Source of the DNA: Mobula hypostoma
Taxonomy: Eukaryota
DNA: 64,000 nucleotides
Direction: 5' to 3'
Assembly: GCF_963921235.1 (NCBI RefSeq)
Contig: NC_086098.1
Location: 9,052,001-9,116,000 of the forward strand
Positions 1 through 12,420 of this stretch are shown piece after piece. Position 1 is the stretch's first letter. Each line of letters opens with the position of its first letter. The position numbers and the translations under genes are program-made. The notes under the pieces are model-generated. The model saw only the letters and a program-made list of their open reading frames with translations. It did not search any database and was not told the DNA's origin.

Positions 1-25
1 GTAAAGAAACCAAATGTATGGTAAT

Positions 26-3000
26 GTAGGGTTTAAACTAATTTGGCAGGGGGATGGGAACCGGAATGATAGAATGGAGGAAGGGGAAAACAGAAATAAA
101 TCTAAGATAGTGAGCAGTAAAGATGTCAGGAAAGACAGGCAGGTGATGGGACAAATTTGTAGCCATTGGGATGAGTTGCAGTGCAATAAAGTTGCAGTGA
201 AATCAAAGCAAAAAGTATCAAATACTGGTCTTAAGGTGTTGTACTTAAATGCACGCAGCATAAGGAATAAAGTGGATGATCTTGTTGTACAGCTACAGAT
301 TGGCAGGTATGATATTGTGGCCATCACTGAGACCTGGCTAAGGGATGCATGTCTCTGGGAGCTGAACGTCCAAGGATACACAGTGTATCGGAAGGATAGG
401 AAGGTAGGCAGAGGGGGAGGCGTGGCTTTATTGGTAAGAAATGGTATTAAATCATTAGAAAGAGGTGATATAGGATCGGAAGGTGCAGAATCTTTATGGG
501 TTGAGCTAAGAAATAGCAGGGGTAAAAGGACCCTAATGGCAGTTATTTATAGGCCTGCAAACAGCTGCAGGGATGTGGACTACAAATTACAACTGGAAAT
601 AGAAAAGGCTTGTCAGAAGGGCAGTGTTATGATAATTGTGGGGGATTTTAACATGCGAGTAGATTGGAAAAATCAGGTCAGCACTGGATCTCAAGAGAGA
701 GAATTTGTAGAATGCCTGCGAGATGGCTTTTTAGAACAGCTTGTTGTTGAGCCCACTTGGGGATCGGCTGTACTGGATTGGGTATTGTGTAATGAACAGG
801 AGGTGATTGGAGAGATTGAGGTGAAGGAACCGTTAGGAGGCAGTGATCATAACATGATTGAGTTGACTGTGAAATTAGAAAAAGAGAAGCCGAAATCTGA
901 TGTGTCGGTATTTCAGTGGAGTAAAGGAAATTACAGTGGCATGAGAGAGGAACTGGCCAAAGTTGACTGGAAAGGGACGCTGGCGGGAAAGTTTATGTGA
1001 GAAGTGAGGAAGGTGCAAGACAGGTATATTCCAAAAAAGTAGAAATTTTCGAGTGGAAAAAGGATGCAACCATGGTTGACAAGAGAAGTCAAAGCCAAAG
1101 TTAAAGCAAAGGAGAGGGCATACAAGGAAGCAAAAATTAGTGGGAAGACAGAGGATTGGGAAGTTTTTAAAACCTTACAAAAGGAAACCAAGAAGGTCAT
1201 TAAGAGAGAAAAGATTAACTATGAAAGGAAGCTAGCAAATAATATCAAAGAGGATACTAAAAGCTTTTGTAAGTACATAAAAAGTAAAAGACAGGTGAGA
1301 GTAGATATAGGACCGATAGAAAATGATGCTGGAGAAATTGTAATGGGAGATGAGGAGATGGCAGAGGAACTGAATGAGTATTTTGCATCAGTCTTCACTG
1401 AGGAAGACATCAGCAGTATACCGGACACTCAAGGGTGGCAGAGAAGTGTGCACAGTCACAATTACAACAGAGAAAGTACTCAGGAAGCTGAATAGGCTAA
1501 AGGTAGATAAATCTCCTGGACCAGATGGAATGCACCCTTGTGTTCTGAAGGAAGTAGCTGTGGAGATTGCGGAGGCATTAGCGATGATCTTGCAAAAGTC
1601 GATAGATTCTGGCATGGTTCCGGAAGACTGGAAGATTGCAAATGTCACTCCGCTATTTAAGAAGGGGGCAAGGAAGCAAAAAGGAAATTATAGACCTGTT
1701 AGCTTGATGTCGGTGGTTGGGAAGTTGTTGGAGTCGATTGTCAAGGATGAGGTTACAGAGTACCTAGAGGCATATGACAAGATAGGCAGAACTCAGCATG
1801 GATTCCTTAAAGGAAAATCCTGCCTGACATTAACCTATTACAATTTTTTGAGGAAATTACCAGTAGGCTAGACAAGGGAGATGCAGTGGATGTTGTATAT
1901 TTGGATTTTCAGAAGACCTTTGACAAGGTGCCACACATGAGGCTACTTAACAAGATAAGAGCCCATGGAATTACGGGAAAGTTACATGCATGGATAGAGC
2001 ATTGGCTGATTGGTAGGAAACAGAGAGTGGGAATAAAGGGATCCTATTCTGGTTGGCTGCCGGTTACCAGTGGTGTTCCACAGGGATCAGTGTTGGGACC
2101 GCTTCTTTTTACATTGTACATCAACAATTTGGATTATGGAATAGATGGCTTTGTGGCTAATTTTGCTGACGATACGAAGATAGGTGGAGGGGTCGGTAGT
2201 GCTGAGGAAATGGAGAGTCTGCAGAGAGACTTGGATAGATTGGAAGAATGGGCAAAGAAGTGGCAAATGAAGTACAATGTTGGAAAGTGTTTGGTTATGC
2301 ACTTTGGCAGAAAGAATAAATGGGCAGACTATTATTTAAATGGGGAAAGAATTCAAAGTTCTGAGATGCAACAGGACTTGGGAGTCCTCGTACAGGATAC
2401 CCTTAAAGTTAATCTACAGGTTGAGTCAGTAGTGAAGAAGGCGAATGCAATGTTGGCATTCATTTCTAGAGGAATAGAGTATAGGAGCAGGGATGTGATG
2501 TTGAGGCTCTATAAGGCGCTGGTGAGAACTCACTTGGAGTACTGTGGGCAGTTTTGGTCTCCTTATTTAAGAAAGGATGTGCTGGCGTTGGAGAGGGTAC
2601 GGAGAAGATTCACTAGAATGATTCTGGGAATGAGAGGGTTAACATATGAGGAACGTTTTTCCGCTCTTGGACTGTATTCCTTGGAGTTTAGAAGAATGCG
2701 GGGAGACCTCATAGAAACATTTCGAATGTTAAAAGGCATGGACAGAGTGGATGTGGCAAAGTTGTTTCCCATGATGGGGGAGTCTAGTACGAGAGGGCAT
2801 GACTTAAGGATTGAAGGGTGCCCTTTCAGAACAGAAATGCGAAGTAATTTTTTAGTCAGAGGGTGGTGAATCTATGGAATTTGTTGCCACGGGCAGCAGT
2901 GGAGGCCAAGTCATTGGGTGTATTTAAGGCAGAGATTGATAGGTATCTGAGTAGCCAGGGCATCAAAGGTTATGGTGAGAAGGCGGGGGAGTGGGACTAA

Positions 3001-3087
3001 ATAGGAGAATGGATTAGCTCATGATAAAATGGCGGAGTAGAATAGATGGGCCGAATGGCCTACTTCTGCTCCTTTGTCTTATGGTCT
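26..3087 (+). mobile_element. CR1-clade LINE (HER1-like), 5'-truncated, near-complete ORF2 (APE endonuclease + reverse transcriptase) broken by a few stops/frameshifts
   Basis: ORFs 14..1000 (YLNARS, ITETW, GDFN, SDH), 1064..1495, 1374..1871 (KSPGPDG, NYRPVSL), 1886..2869 (GVPQGSVLGP, FADD); 3' tail ggccgaatggcctacttctgctcc-(tcttatgg)n; 9-bp TSD tatggtaat at 17-25 and 3088-3096. Confidence 0.95.
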
Positions 3088-3691
3088 TATGGTAATATCA
3101 AAACAGCAGGATACTCCCAACTGCCAATTGTACATCGGTAACCAAGAGATTGAACAAAAGACAAGCTTTAATTACCTTGGTAGCTTTATATCACAAGATG
3201 CTGGAAGTAAAGTAGAAATAAAAAGAAGAATTGCCATTGCCAAAACCAACTTCCAAAAAATGAAACCCATTTTACCAACAGATACATTTTCTATGCTAAC
3301 AAGGCTTAGGCTACTAAAATGTTATATCTGGTCAATCTTGCTGTATACTTCTTAGAAGAACGTTGAAAATATCATATAGAGATAGGGTAACTAATGAGAT
3401 AGTAGTCCAATGTGCCCATACAAAAAGATCTTTAATGAGAACATTAAATGAGAGGAAACTTAAATTTTGGGCCATGTCATCAGAAAGGGAGAAATAGAAT
3501 GCCTTACATTACGAGGCTGTATGCCTGGGAAACACGGAAGAGGAAGGCAAAGAAGAAAGTATGTGGACACTGTGAAAGAGCTAACAAATCTAAATGTGCG
3601 AGATATCATTGAAGCTGCAAGGGATCGTTTGATGTGGAGAGCCATGATCGCCCAAGCGTGTAACGTGCAAGGCACATGAAGAAGAAGAAGA
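3088..3691 (+). mobile_element. RTE-clade LINE 3' fragment (host of the CR1 above; its upstream part is bases 1-25)
   Basis: Bases 3-25 read KETKCMV, continuing after the CR1 as MVISKQQ...FNYLGSFISQD...EIKRRIAIAK and GHVIRK...GRGRQR...DRLMWR; (gaa)n tail at 3678-3691. Confidence 0.9.
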
Positions 3692-3860
3692 TTCTCAATC
3701 ATTTGCAAAGCAATAGAAACTCTTGTTAATAGTGGCAACCACTCCCATGTGTTATGAATAAATAGATTTCCAAATAAAATTAGTCCTTGTAAATTCCCCA
3801 TAGTTATACAAATTACTTATTCACAGATGCTTCCACAATTCCCTCTTGAAATTTATTATT

Positions 3861-4741
3861 ATTCAGATTTTACAATTAGTTAATACTTCCTCTATTTGTG
3901 CTAAACATTCCCTAATTCAATTTAAAGTGGTGCATAGAGCACATATGTCCAAAGATAAGTTAGCGCGTTTTTACTCGCATATTAATCCTTTCTGTGATAG
4001 ATGTTCGGGGCAGATAGCCTCTTTAACTCATATGTTTTGGTCTTGCCCTACTTTGGAAACTTTTTGGAGAGATATTTTCAATATTATTTCTAAGGTATTA
4101 AATATAGATATCTCTCCTCACCCTATTACTGCTATCTTTGGACTACCTAAAATTTCTAGTAATCTTTCCCCTTCAGCCCGTAGAATGATTGCATTTCTTA
4201 CTTTAATGGCGAAAAGATGTATTTTACAACATTGGAAAGAGCTTAATGCTCCAACTACCTTTTTTTGGTTTTCTCAGACGATTTTATGTTTGAATCTGGA
4301 GAAAATTAGAAGTAACCTTTATGATTCTTCATTTAAATTTGAACAGATTTGGGGACCTTTTATTCGATATTTTCATTTAATGTAATATTTACCCTTCTTG
4401 TTTTTTTTCACTGTTTTAATGGAGGTCGGGATTGAGGACGTGATTTTAAGTTTAACTCTGTTTGGTTTCAAGTTAGCCCATTGCTTTGCTTTGCTTTTAG
4501 TTAGTTGCACGGTGGGTTTTTTTTGGGGGGTTTTTTTTCTTTTTTTCCATTGATACATATAAAATCTAGTATACTATTATGTTATCTTGGTTTCTTATGC
4601 TTAAATTACATTGTTTGTAGTATTTTCTTTTTGGTATTGTTACCTTTTGGAATTTTATTATACTTTAACATTGTATTAATGTTTATATGGCTTACCTTTT
4701 TTTGTATACTTACTCAATAAAAAGATTTAAAAAGAAAGAAA
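3861..4741 (+). mobile_element. L1-clade LINE, 5'-truncated (ORF2 C-terminal CCHC region + 3' UTR)
   Basis: ORF 3846..4385 with QFKVVHRAH...CDRC...HMFWSC; T-rich 3' UTR, aataaa and (gaaa)n tail; 13-bp TSD gaaatttattatt at 3848-3860 and 4742-4754. Confidence 0.9.
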
Positions 4742-5976
4742 GAAATTTATTATTGAATCTTCTTCCGCAGGGAGATAAATTACAGAAGCAAGCCAATTGT
4801 CCAATCAGTCTATGCAGCATTAGTGCTCTTTTCAAGATTTCTCCCATGTTTCCACAAGACCATGAAACTTAGGAGCAGAATGAGGCCATTTGGCCCATCA
4901 AGTCAACTCCACCATTCCATCTTGGCTGACTTATTAGACCTCTTAACCGTATCATCCTGCCTTCTCCCCGAAAGTTTTGACACCCTAATTAATCAAGAAC
5001 ACATCAACCTTATATACACCCAATGACTTGGCCTGCACAGCCATCTATGGCAATGAATTCCATAGATTCACCACCATCTGGCTAAAGACAATTTCCCTCA
5101 TCTCTATTCTAAAGGGACATCCCTCAATTCTGAGGCTGTGCTTTCTGGTCCTAGTCTCCCCCACGACAGGAAACATCCTCTCCACATCCTCTTTATCCAG
5201 ATCTTTCCATATTCAATACCCAGATTCTTCTAACTGCCAGTGACTACTGTGAGGCATCATATGCTCTTCATATGTTAAACCTTTTATTCCTGGGATCATT
5301 CTTCTGAACCTCTTCTGGACCCTCTCCAATACCTGCCTATCTTTTCTTAGATAAGGGGCCCAAAACTGCACAATGTCTGACCAATGCCTCTTAAAGCCTC
5401 AGCATTATATCCTTGCTTTTGTATTCTAGTCCTCTCAAAATGAATGTTAACATTACACTTGCATTCCTTACAACTGACTCAAACTGTAAGTTAACCTCAG
5501 GGAACCATGTTCAAGGATTTCCAAGTCCCTCTGCACCTGATTTTTGAATTTTCTCCCCAGTTATAAAATAGTCCATGCCTTTATTCCTTCTGTCAAAGTA
5601 CATGACCGTACACTTCCCTACATTATATTCTATCTACCACTTCTTTGCCTATTCCCCCAATCTGAGACCTTCTGCAGACACCGTTTCCTCAACTCCACCT
5701 ACCTTCATATCATCCGCAAACCTGGCCACAAAGATGTTAATTCCTTCATCCAAATTGTTGACATAAAACATAGAAAGAAGCGGTCCCAACAACAGCCCCT
5801 GTGGCACACCACTAGTCACTGGCAGCCAATCAGAAAAGGCCCCCTTTATTCCCACTCTTTGCCTTCCGCCAGTCAGCCACTGCTTCATCCTTGCTAGTGA
5901 GTGCAACCCTCGTCGGTCAGGGTCGACCATGAATGTTGTGTCCTAGCTGTCTAGGTACACACGCCTGGGCAGTATG

Positions 5977-6632
5977 ATATAGAAATATAGAAACATAGAA
6001 AACCTACAGCACAATACAGGCCCTTCAGCCCATAATGCTGTGCCGAACATGTACTTACTTTAGAAATTACTTAGAGTTACCCATAGCCCTCTATTTTTCT
6101 AAGCTCCATGTACCTATCCAGGAATCTCTTAAAAGACCCTCTCGTATCCACCTCCACTACCATTACCAGCAGCCCATTCCACGCACTCACCACTCTCTGC
6201 GTAAAAAACTTACCCCCAACATCTCTTCTGTACCTTTTTCCAAGCATCTTAGAACTGTGCTCTCTCGTGTTTCAGCCCTGGGAAAAAGCCTCTGACTATC
6301 CACACAATCTATGCCTCTCATCATCTTGTACACCTCTGTCAGGTCACCTCTCATCCTCCGTCACTCCAAGGAGAAAAGGCCAAGTTCACTCAACCTATTC
6401 TCATAAGGCATGCTCCCCAATCCAGGCAACATTCTTGTAAATCTCCTCTGCACCCTTTCTATGGTTTCCACGTCCTTCCTGTAGTGAAGCGACCAGAACT
6501 GTGCACAGTACTGCAAGTGGGGTCTGATCAGGGTCCTGTATAGCTGCAACATTACCTCTGGGTTCTTAAACTCAATCCCTCAGTTGATGAAGGCCAATGC
6601 ACGGTATGCCTTCTTAACCACAGAGTCAATGT
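5977..6632 (-). mobile_element. CR1 3' fragment, (tagaaaca)n-tail subfamily
   Basis: ORF 6361..6552 LYRTLIRPHLQYCAQFWS...ERVQRRFTRM; tail repeats at 5977-6003. Confidence 0.9.
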
Positions 6633-6827
6633 AGCAAGCTCACCCTCTCCACACATCTGATGAACCCAAAGGAACGGCAGAGACCGATACATTTTGGTAT
6701 CAGTAGTGTCACAGGAGTTGCCAGTCAGTGCTGGTCTCAACATAGGATTGCCTTAGGGATTCCAGCTTCAGAGTTTTCCCAAGGGGATTACTCCCAAAGC
6801 CTTCCCCATCAGTGTGTATAGCCACAA

Positions 6828-7232
6828 GGCCAGTGATGTTGTGGGGATGAAACTGGACTCTCTGACGGTGCTGTCTGAAAAGAGGATGCTGTCTAAGTTG
6901 CATGCCATCTTGGACAATGTCTCCCATCCACTACATAATGTACTGGTTGGGCGCAGGAGTACATTCAGCCAGAGACTCATTCCACCGAGATGCAACACAG
7001 AGCGTCACAGGAAGTCATTCCTGCCTGTGACCATCAAACTTTACAACTCCTCGCTTGGAGGGTCAGACACCCTGTGCCAATAGGCTGGTCCTGGACTTAT
7101 TTCATAATTTATTGGCATAATTTACATATTACTATTTAACTATTTATGGTTCTATTACTATTTATTATTTATGGTGCAACTGTAATGAAAACCAATTTCC
7201 CCCGGGATCAATAAAGTATGACTATGACTATG
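6828..7232 (+). mobile_element. Rex1/Babar-like LINE 3' end
   Basis: ORF 6814..7083 (ILDNVSHPLH...RC.TER.RKSFLP.TIKLYN); aataaa followed by (tatgac)n tail. Confidence 0.8.
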
Positions 7233-7799
7233 AAGGTAGCAGAAGTTTGAGATCAGAGTTCCCTAGATCTCCTAGATGAGCTGTCAAGCCCAGCTGACGA
7301 ACCCCATTTGCCTGATATGACTAGTCTTAAGGTGCAGTAACTTGCCCTTGACCATTCTCCTGTCAGTAGAAATGGTTCCTCCGGGCTTAGTAGCTAAGCC
7401 ACACATGAAGGCTAGGAGCTGGACTTGGTTATCAGAGGCTATCTGAGCCACATGCCAATGGGAACATTTAATAGGCAGTGGGAGCTTGTCCTCTGCTTTT
7501 ACAACCTTCAAGAACCAACTATCCATGTTAGTAACTTTCCTGTAATACCATGCGGTCTTAACTTGTTAAACAGCCTCATGTGTGACACCTTGTCAAAGAC
7601 CTTCTGAAAATCCAAATAACAACATCCACTGACTTTCCTTTGTCTCGACTACTAGACAGGTATATGGGGGAATTTAAGGTGGGGGGTTATATGAAAGGCA
7701 GGATTTGAGGGTCGGCACAACATTGTGGGCACTGTGCTGTACTATTCTATGTTCTAAGTTCTATGTTCTATCCTGCCTATTATATTCTCAAAGAATTCC

Positions 7800-8722
7800 G
7801 ATCAAGATGGCACCTATGTACAACGCTCCCGTGGTCGACATCTTCTGGATAGATCACAAAATCATATATTCCACCTCTTTTATATCTTCCACATTTGCTT
7901 TTCATCTTGAATGTGTTTCTGCAACTGTTGGAGCCTGTGATTTGTAGCTTGGAGACCGTTTGGGCGTTTCAGTGCTCTGCAGTCTTCAGGACGAGACTGG
8001 GAGACAGAGGCAGCGTGTGTGAACCTCGTGGCGAGAAAGCTATAGGGGCGGGTGTGAGCCAATATTCAATTCCACTTTGCCAACTGAAGCTTCCATTGTT
8101 CACCAATTAAAGTGATGAGGGAGATTGAAACATTGAGGAAGGTGAGCACCGACTGCCTGCCTTTTGATCGCTGATAGGATCGGTCAGCTGCCAGAGAAGG
8201 GAGACTGCTTTTTGATCGCTCTGCTGCCAGAGACAGGAGACTGCTATTGATCGTTGGTGGGATCGATCTGCTGCTGGAGAGAGGGGAGACTGCCTTTTGA
8301 TTGCCGGTGGAATTGCCTTGCTGACGGAGGTGAGAGACTGTCTTTTGATCGTCAGTGGGATCGCTCTACTGCTGGAGACAGGAGGCTGCCTTTTGATCAA
8401 TGGGGTTTGCTCTGCTGCTGGAGAGGGGAGAGGCTGCTTCTGTGCTTGGAGAATGTTACTCAGGTTTCTGCGACTTGGACTATGGACTTTTTTCAGTCTT
8501 ATTGTTTTTTACATTCTGTGTTTTCCATCCGTTCTTTCTTATTATTTTGTGGGGGGGGGTCGATGTGCCTGTCTTTGTACTTGTATTTGTATTTTTGTCT
8601 TTGTATTTTTTGTCTGGGGATGGGGAATTTGGGCGTTGATGATCGTGGTGCCATCCTTTTCTTTCTTGGTTTTGTGGTTATCTGGAGAAGAAGAATTTCA
8701 GAGTTACATACTTTGATAATGA
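7800..8722 (+). mobile_element. Non-autonomous LINE-derived element with internal minisatellite
   Basis: Interrupts CR1 at aagaattcc|...|ttccaacagatttg; begins gatcaagatggc; 3' end (ttcagagttacatactttgataat) matches the Rex1-type tails at ~11545-11600 and ~16470-16510. Confidence 0.6.
8150..8440 (+). repeat. Degenerate minisatellite, about 6-7 units of ~35-50 bp
   Basis: Recurrent gagactgccttttgatcg...gggatcgctctgctgctggaga. Confidence 0.85.
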
Positions 8723-9592
8723 CTTCCAACAGATTTGTCAGGCAAGATCTCCCCGTTATAAAACCATGCAGTATTTGGTCCATTTAATCATGTGCCTCCA
8801 AGTATCCCGAAGTTTCATACATAATAATCGACTCATCTTTCCAACCACTGAAGTTAGTCTATAGTTTTGTTTCTTCTATTTCCCTCCTTTCTCACAGAGT
8901 GGAGTGAAATTTGCAATTTTCTAGTCCTCTGGAATCATTCCAGAATCTAGTGATTCATGAAAGATCATTACTAATGCCTCCACCATCTCTTCAGCTGCCT
9001 CTTTCAGAAACCTGGGGTTTAGTCCATCTGGTCCAGGTGATTTATTGACCTTCAGACTTTTCAGCTTCCCGAGCACCTTCTCTTCAGTCATAGCAACTCA
9101 CTTCTACCCCAACATTCTCACATTTCTGGCATATTGTTAGTGTCTTGCACTGTGAAGACAGATGTAAAATACCCATTAAGTTCGTCTGTCATTTCTTTGT
9201 TCTCCATTACTATCTCTCCTGTGTCATTTTCCAGCAGTCTGATATCCACTTTTAACTCTCTTTTACCTTTTATATAATCTGAAAAAAACACTTTGTATCC
9301 TCTTTTCACTAATTTTTCCTCCATTATATGCCCTCTGTTTGGCTTTTATGTTGGCTTTGACTTCTCTTGTCAGCTAAAGTTGCATCATCCTGCCTGTGGG
9401 ATATTTCTTCCTGTGCCTTCCGAATGGCTCCCAGAAACTCCTGCTCTGTCAGCGTACCTGCTAGCGTCCCCTTCCCATCACCTTTCGTATTTTAATGCCT
9501 AAGCTGTAATAACGTTGTGCTTACCTTGTGGCCTTGATTTGACCCTCCTTTGATGATAAGATTCCTTCAGTAAAGTCTGATTGTTTTTACTA

Positions 9593-9779
9593 GGGGCAGT
9601 ATGGTACCATAGTGATTAGCACAATGCTTTACAGTACAGGCTACCTAGGTTCAATTCCCACTGCTGCCTGTAAGGAGCGTGTACGTCCTTCCCGTAACTG
9701 CTTGGCTTTCCGGGGATCGCTGGGTGGCGTAGCTCGAACGGCCAGAAGAGCCTACTCTGTGCTGCATCACAATAAACAA
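9593..9779 (+). mobile_element. tRNA-derived V-SINE/HE1-like SINE, internally deleted
   Basis: B-box-like ggttcaattccc, V-domain start gcctgtaaggag, CR1-like tail and aataaacaaa. Confidence 0.75.
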
Positions 9780-10693
9780 ACCTTTGGCCAGCTCCTCTCC
9801 CATGACTCTGTAATTGCCTTGACTCCAGTGGAATACTGATACATCTGATTTTAGCCTCTCCTCAAATTGTAGGGTGAATTTTATCATATTATGATCACTT
9901 TACCCTTAGGATTCCTAAACCTTAAGCTATCCAATCAATTCCAGTTCAGTGCACAATACCCAACTCAGAATAGCTGATCTCTTGGTAGGCTCAACTATGA
10001 GCTGCTTTAAAAAGACATCTCGTACGGATTATAGAACTTCCCCCTCTTGGGATCCAGCACCGACCTGAGATTCCCAATCTGCACATGTGTTGAAATCCCC
10101 CATGACTATCATAACATTTCCCTTTTGACATGCGTTTTCTATCTCCCGTTGTAATTTCTAGCCCACCCCTTACTATGGCAATGACGTGGGCTACAAATTA
10201 TAAATGTGCTTACACATTTTGTTTCCACCACTCATTTTGTTAGAGAATCCCACATTCTTATTTCTCATTGGATAAAGCTTCTTTTCCTTTCTAATTTCAT
10301 TTCTGAAAGACCAACTTGTCCTCTTGTTATTTCAAGTGGAAGACTTATCTCTGTATCCACTTTGTTGCAACCTGTGATCATTTTAAAGACATTCATCAAG
10401 TCACCCTTCACTTTTTATTCCCACAAGAAAAGTGAACCTCTCTGGCCATGTTTTCCTGAGGTAAATAACTCTGCAAACTTGATATTTTTTGTAAATCTTG
10501 TCTCAATCCTCTCCAACGCCTCCATATACTTTCTTCATATGGAAACTAAAACTGTAGCAAATTACAAGAACATCACATATTTACAAAATTCAATGCAGAT
10601 TCAACATGATTCTCCTGCTTCTCAAGTCTATCTTCAAGAAAAATACCCCTTTGTTAATTTTGTTTTATTTTTGGTCTTATTATTCTACAATAA

Positions 10694-11015
10694 GTCCATA
10701 AGACATAGGAGTAGAATTAGCCCACCTGGCCCATCGAGTCTGCTTCGGCATTCAATCATGGTTGATCCTTTTGTAAAAATCTCCTCCTCAACCCCAGTCC
10801 CCGGCCTTCTCCCTGTTACCTTTGATGCCATGTCCAATCAAGAACCTATCAATCTCTGCCTTAAATACACCCAGCGACCTGGCCTCCACAGCTGCATGTG
10901 GCAACAAATTCCACTAATTCACCACCCTTTGACTAAAGAAATTTCTCCACATCTCTGTTTTGAAAGGGGACCCCTCTATCCTGAGGCTGTGCCCTCTTGT
11001 CCTGGACTCTCCCAT
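10694..11015 (-). mobile_element. CR1 3' end fragment
   Basis: ccataagacataggagtagaattag tail; colinear with the 3' end of the CR1 at 2800-3090. Confidence 0.85.
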
Positions 11016-11019
11016 ATCA

Positions 11020-11605
11020 GCATATTATAAAAAACTTAGACAAAGTTCTATATATGTGTAGTTGAGAGTGTATTGACCGGTTGCATGATAGCCCGGGATG
11101 GCAACACTACTACCTTTGAATGGAAAAGCATACAATGAGTAGTGGATATGGCCCAGTCCATCATGGCTAAGTCCTCCCTAACAGTGAGCGCAAGGAGTGC
11201 TGTTGCAGGAAAGCAACATCTATCATCGGAGACATCCACCATCCAGATCATGCTCTCTTCTGACTGCTGCCATCAGGAAGAAGGCACAGGAGCCTCAGGA
11301 CTCACATCACCAGGTTCAGGAACAGTTATTACCCTTCAATCATCAGGCTCTTGAGCTAGAGCTGATAACTTCACTCACCTTTACTTGCCCCATCGTTGAA
11401 ATGTTCCCACAACCAATTGATTCACTTTCAAGGACTCTTCATCACACTTTCTAGATATTTAATGCTCATTTATTTATTATTATTATTTTGCCTTTTTTTT
11501 GTTTCCTTTTATTTACTGTGAATGCCCTGCAAGAAAATATATCTCAGGGTTGTATATGGTGACATATACAGTATGTATTTTGATAATGAATTTACTTTGA
11601 AGTGA
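11020..11605 (+). mobile_element. Rex1/Babar-like LINE 3' fragment
   Basis: Broken VES.LTGCMI...HPDHALF.LLPSGRR.RSLR..TTRFRNSY; tail atctcagggttgtatatggtgac...tttactttga. Confidence 0.75.
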
Positions 11606-11779
11606 CTTTCCTCTTCTGCCTCAAAATGCGTTACCTTACACTGACCATCTCCTTCTGCTCCCAGCAGCTACCTTTCACTCACACTTTCTGCTTTCTGTCC
11701 TGAGGTCAGCTGGCAATCCATTATTCTATTTGTCTCTTAACTCCATATTCTATTATTCCAAAACTCTGCATGACAATGA

Positions 11780-12420
11780 TTGCCCTGATAAAGAGTCTCA
11801 GCCTGAAATGACAGCTCTCTAATGCCCTCTCCATAGATGCCATTTGACCCGATGAGTTCCTCCAGCATTTTGTGTGTGTTAGTCTTCAAGACAACGCACT
11901 CCAGATCATAACCATCAACACAAGAAATTCTGCAGACACCGGAAATCCAAAGCAACATACACAAAATGCTGGAGGAACTCAACAGATCAGACTGCATCTG
12001 TGGAAAAAAGTAAACAGTTGAAGTTTCGGGCCAAAACCCTTTTTCAGGACTGAGAGGGAAGGGGTGAGATGCCTGAATTAGAAGATGGGGGGAGGCGTGG
12101 GGAGGAAGGTAGCTGGCTGGAAGGTGATGGGTGAAGCCAGGTGTGTGGGAAAGGTCAGGGGTTGGAGAAGAAAGAATCTGATAGGATTGGAGAGTGGACA
12201 ATTGGAGAAAGGGAAGGGTGAGGAGCCCCAAGGGAAAGTAATAGGCAAGAAAGAAGAAGGTTGCAGTGGGGAACAGAGGATGTGGGGGTGAATTTTTGTT
12301 CACTGGAAGTAGAAATATATATTCATGCCATCGGATTGGAGGGTACCCAGATGGAATATAAAGTGTTGCTCCTCCACTCTGAGGGTGGCCTCATCTTGGC
12401 GCAAGAGGATGCCCTGGAAC
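11780..12420. mobile_element. Two Penelope-derived repeats tail-to-tail (+ 11780-11885; - 11915-12420), each with a degenerate hammerhead motif
   Basis: cctgataaagagtctcagcctgaaatg (+) and reverse complement agtcctgaaaaagggttttggcccgaaacttcaact (-); the - copy includes the GIY-YIG C-terminus (LRVEEQHFIFHLGTLQSDGMN). Confidence 0.8.

Larger units (their letters stand above)
5899..7520 (-). mobile_element. Non-coding, probably RTE-derived element (pieces 5899-5976, 6633-6830, 7233-7520) with two nested inserts
   Basis: Flanked by diverged 12-bp duplication atccttgctagt (5887-5898) / atccatgttagt (7521-7532); resemblance to RTE 5' UTRs is from recall, not a search. Confidence 0.5.
4852..10166 (-). 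mobile_element. Decayed CR1 LINE, interrupted by several younger insertions
   Basis: 3' tail at ~4852; RT fragments (5649..5930 GVPQGLLLGP/FADD); colinear pieces resume at 7521, 7771, 8723 and 9780 up to the endonuclease region near 10166. Confidence 0.85.

Noticed and set aside
8150..8440. CRISPR-like repeat/spacer appearance
   Set aside because: Degenerate tandem units without unique spacers, eukaryotic context, no cas genes
9593..9670. tRNA gene
   Set aside because: SINE head with B-box only; no cloverleaf, and it continues into the V-domain
10206..11030. 274-aa ORF
   Set aside because: Runs antisense across CR1 remnants; no coherent protein features
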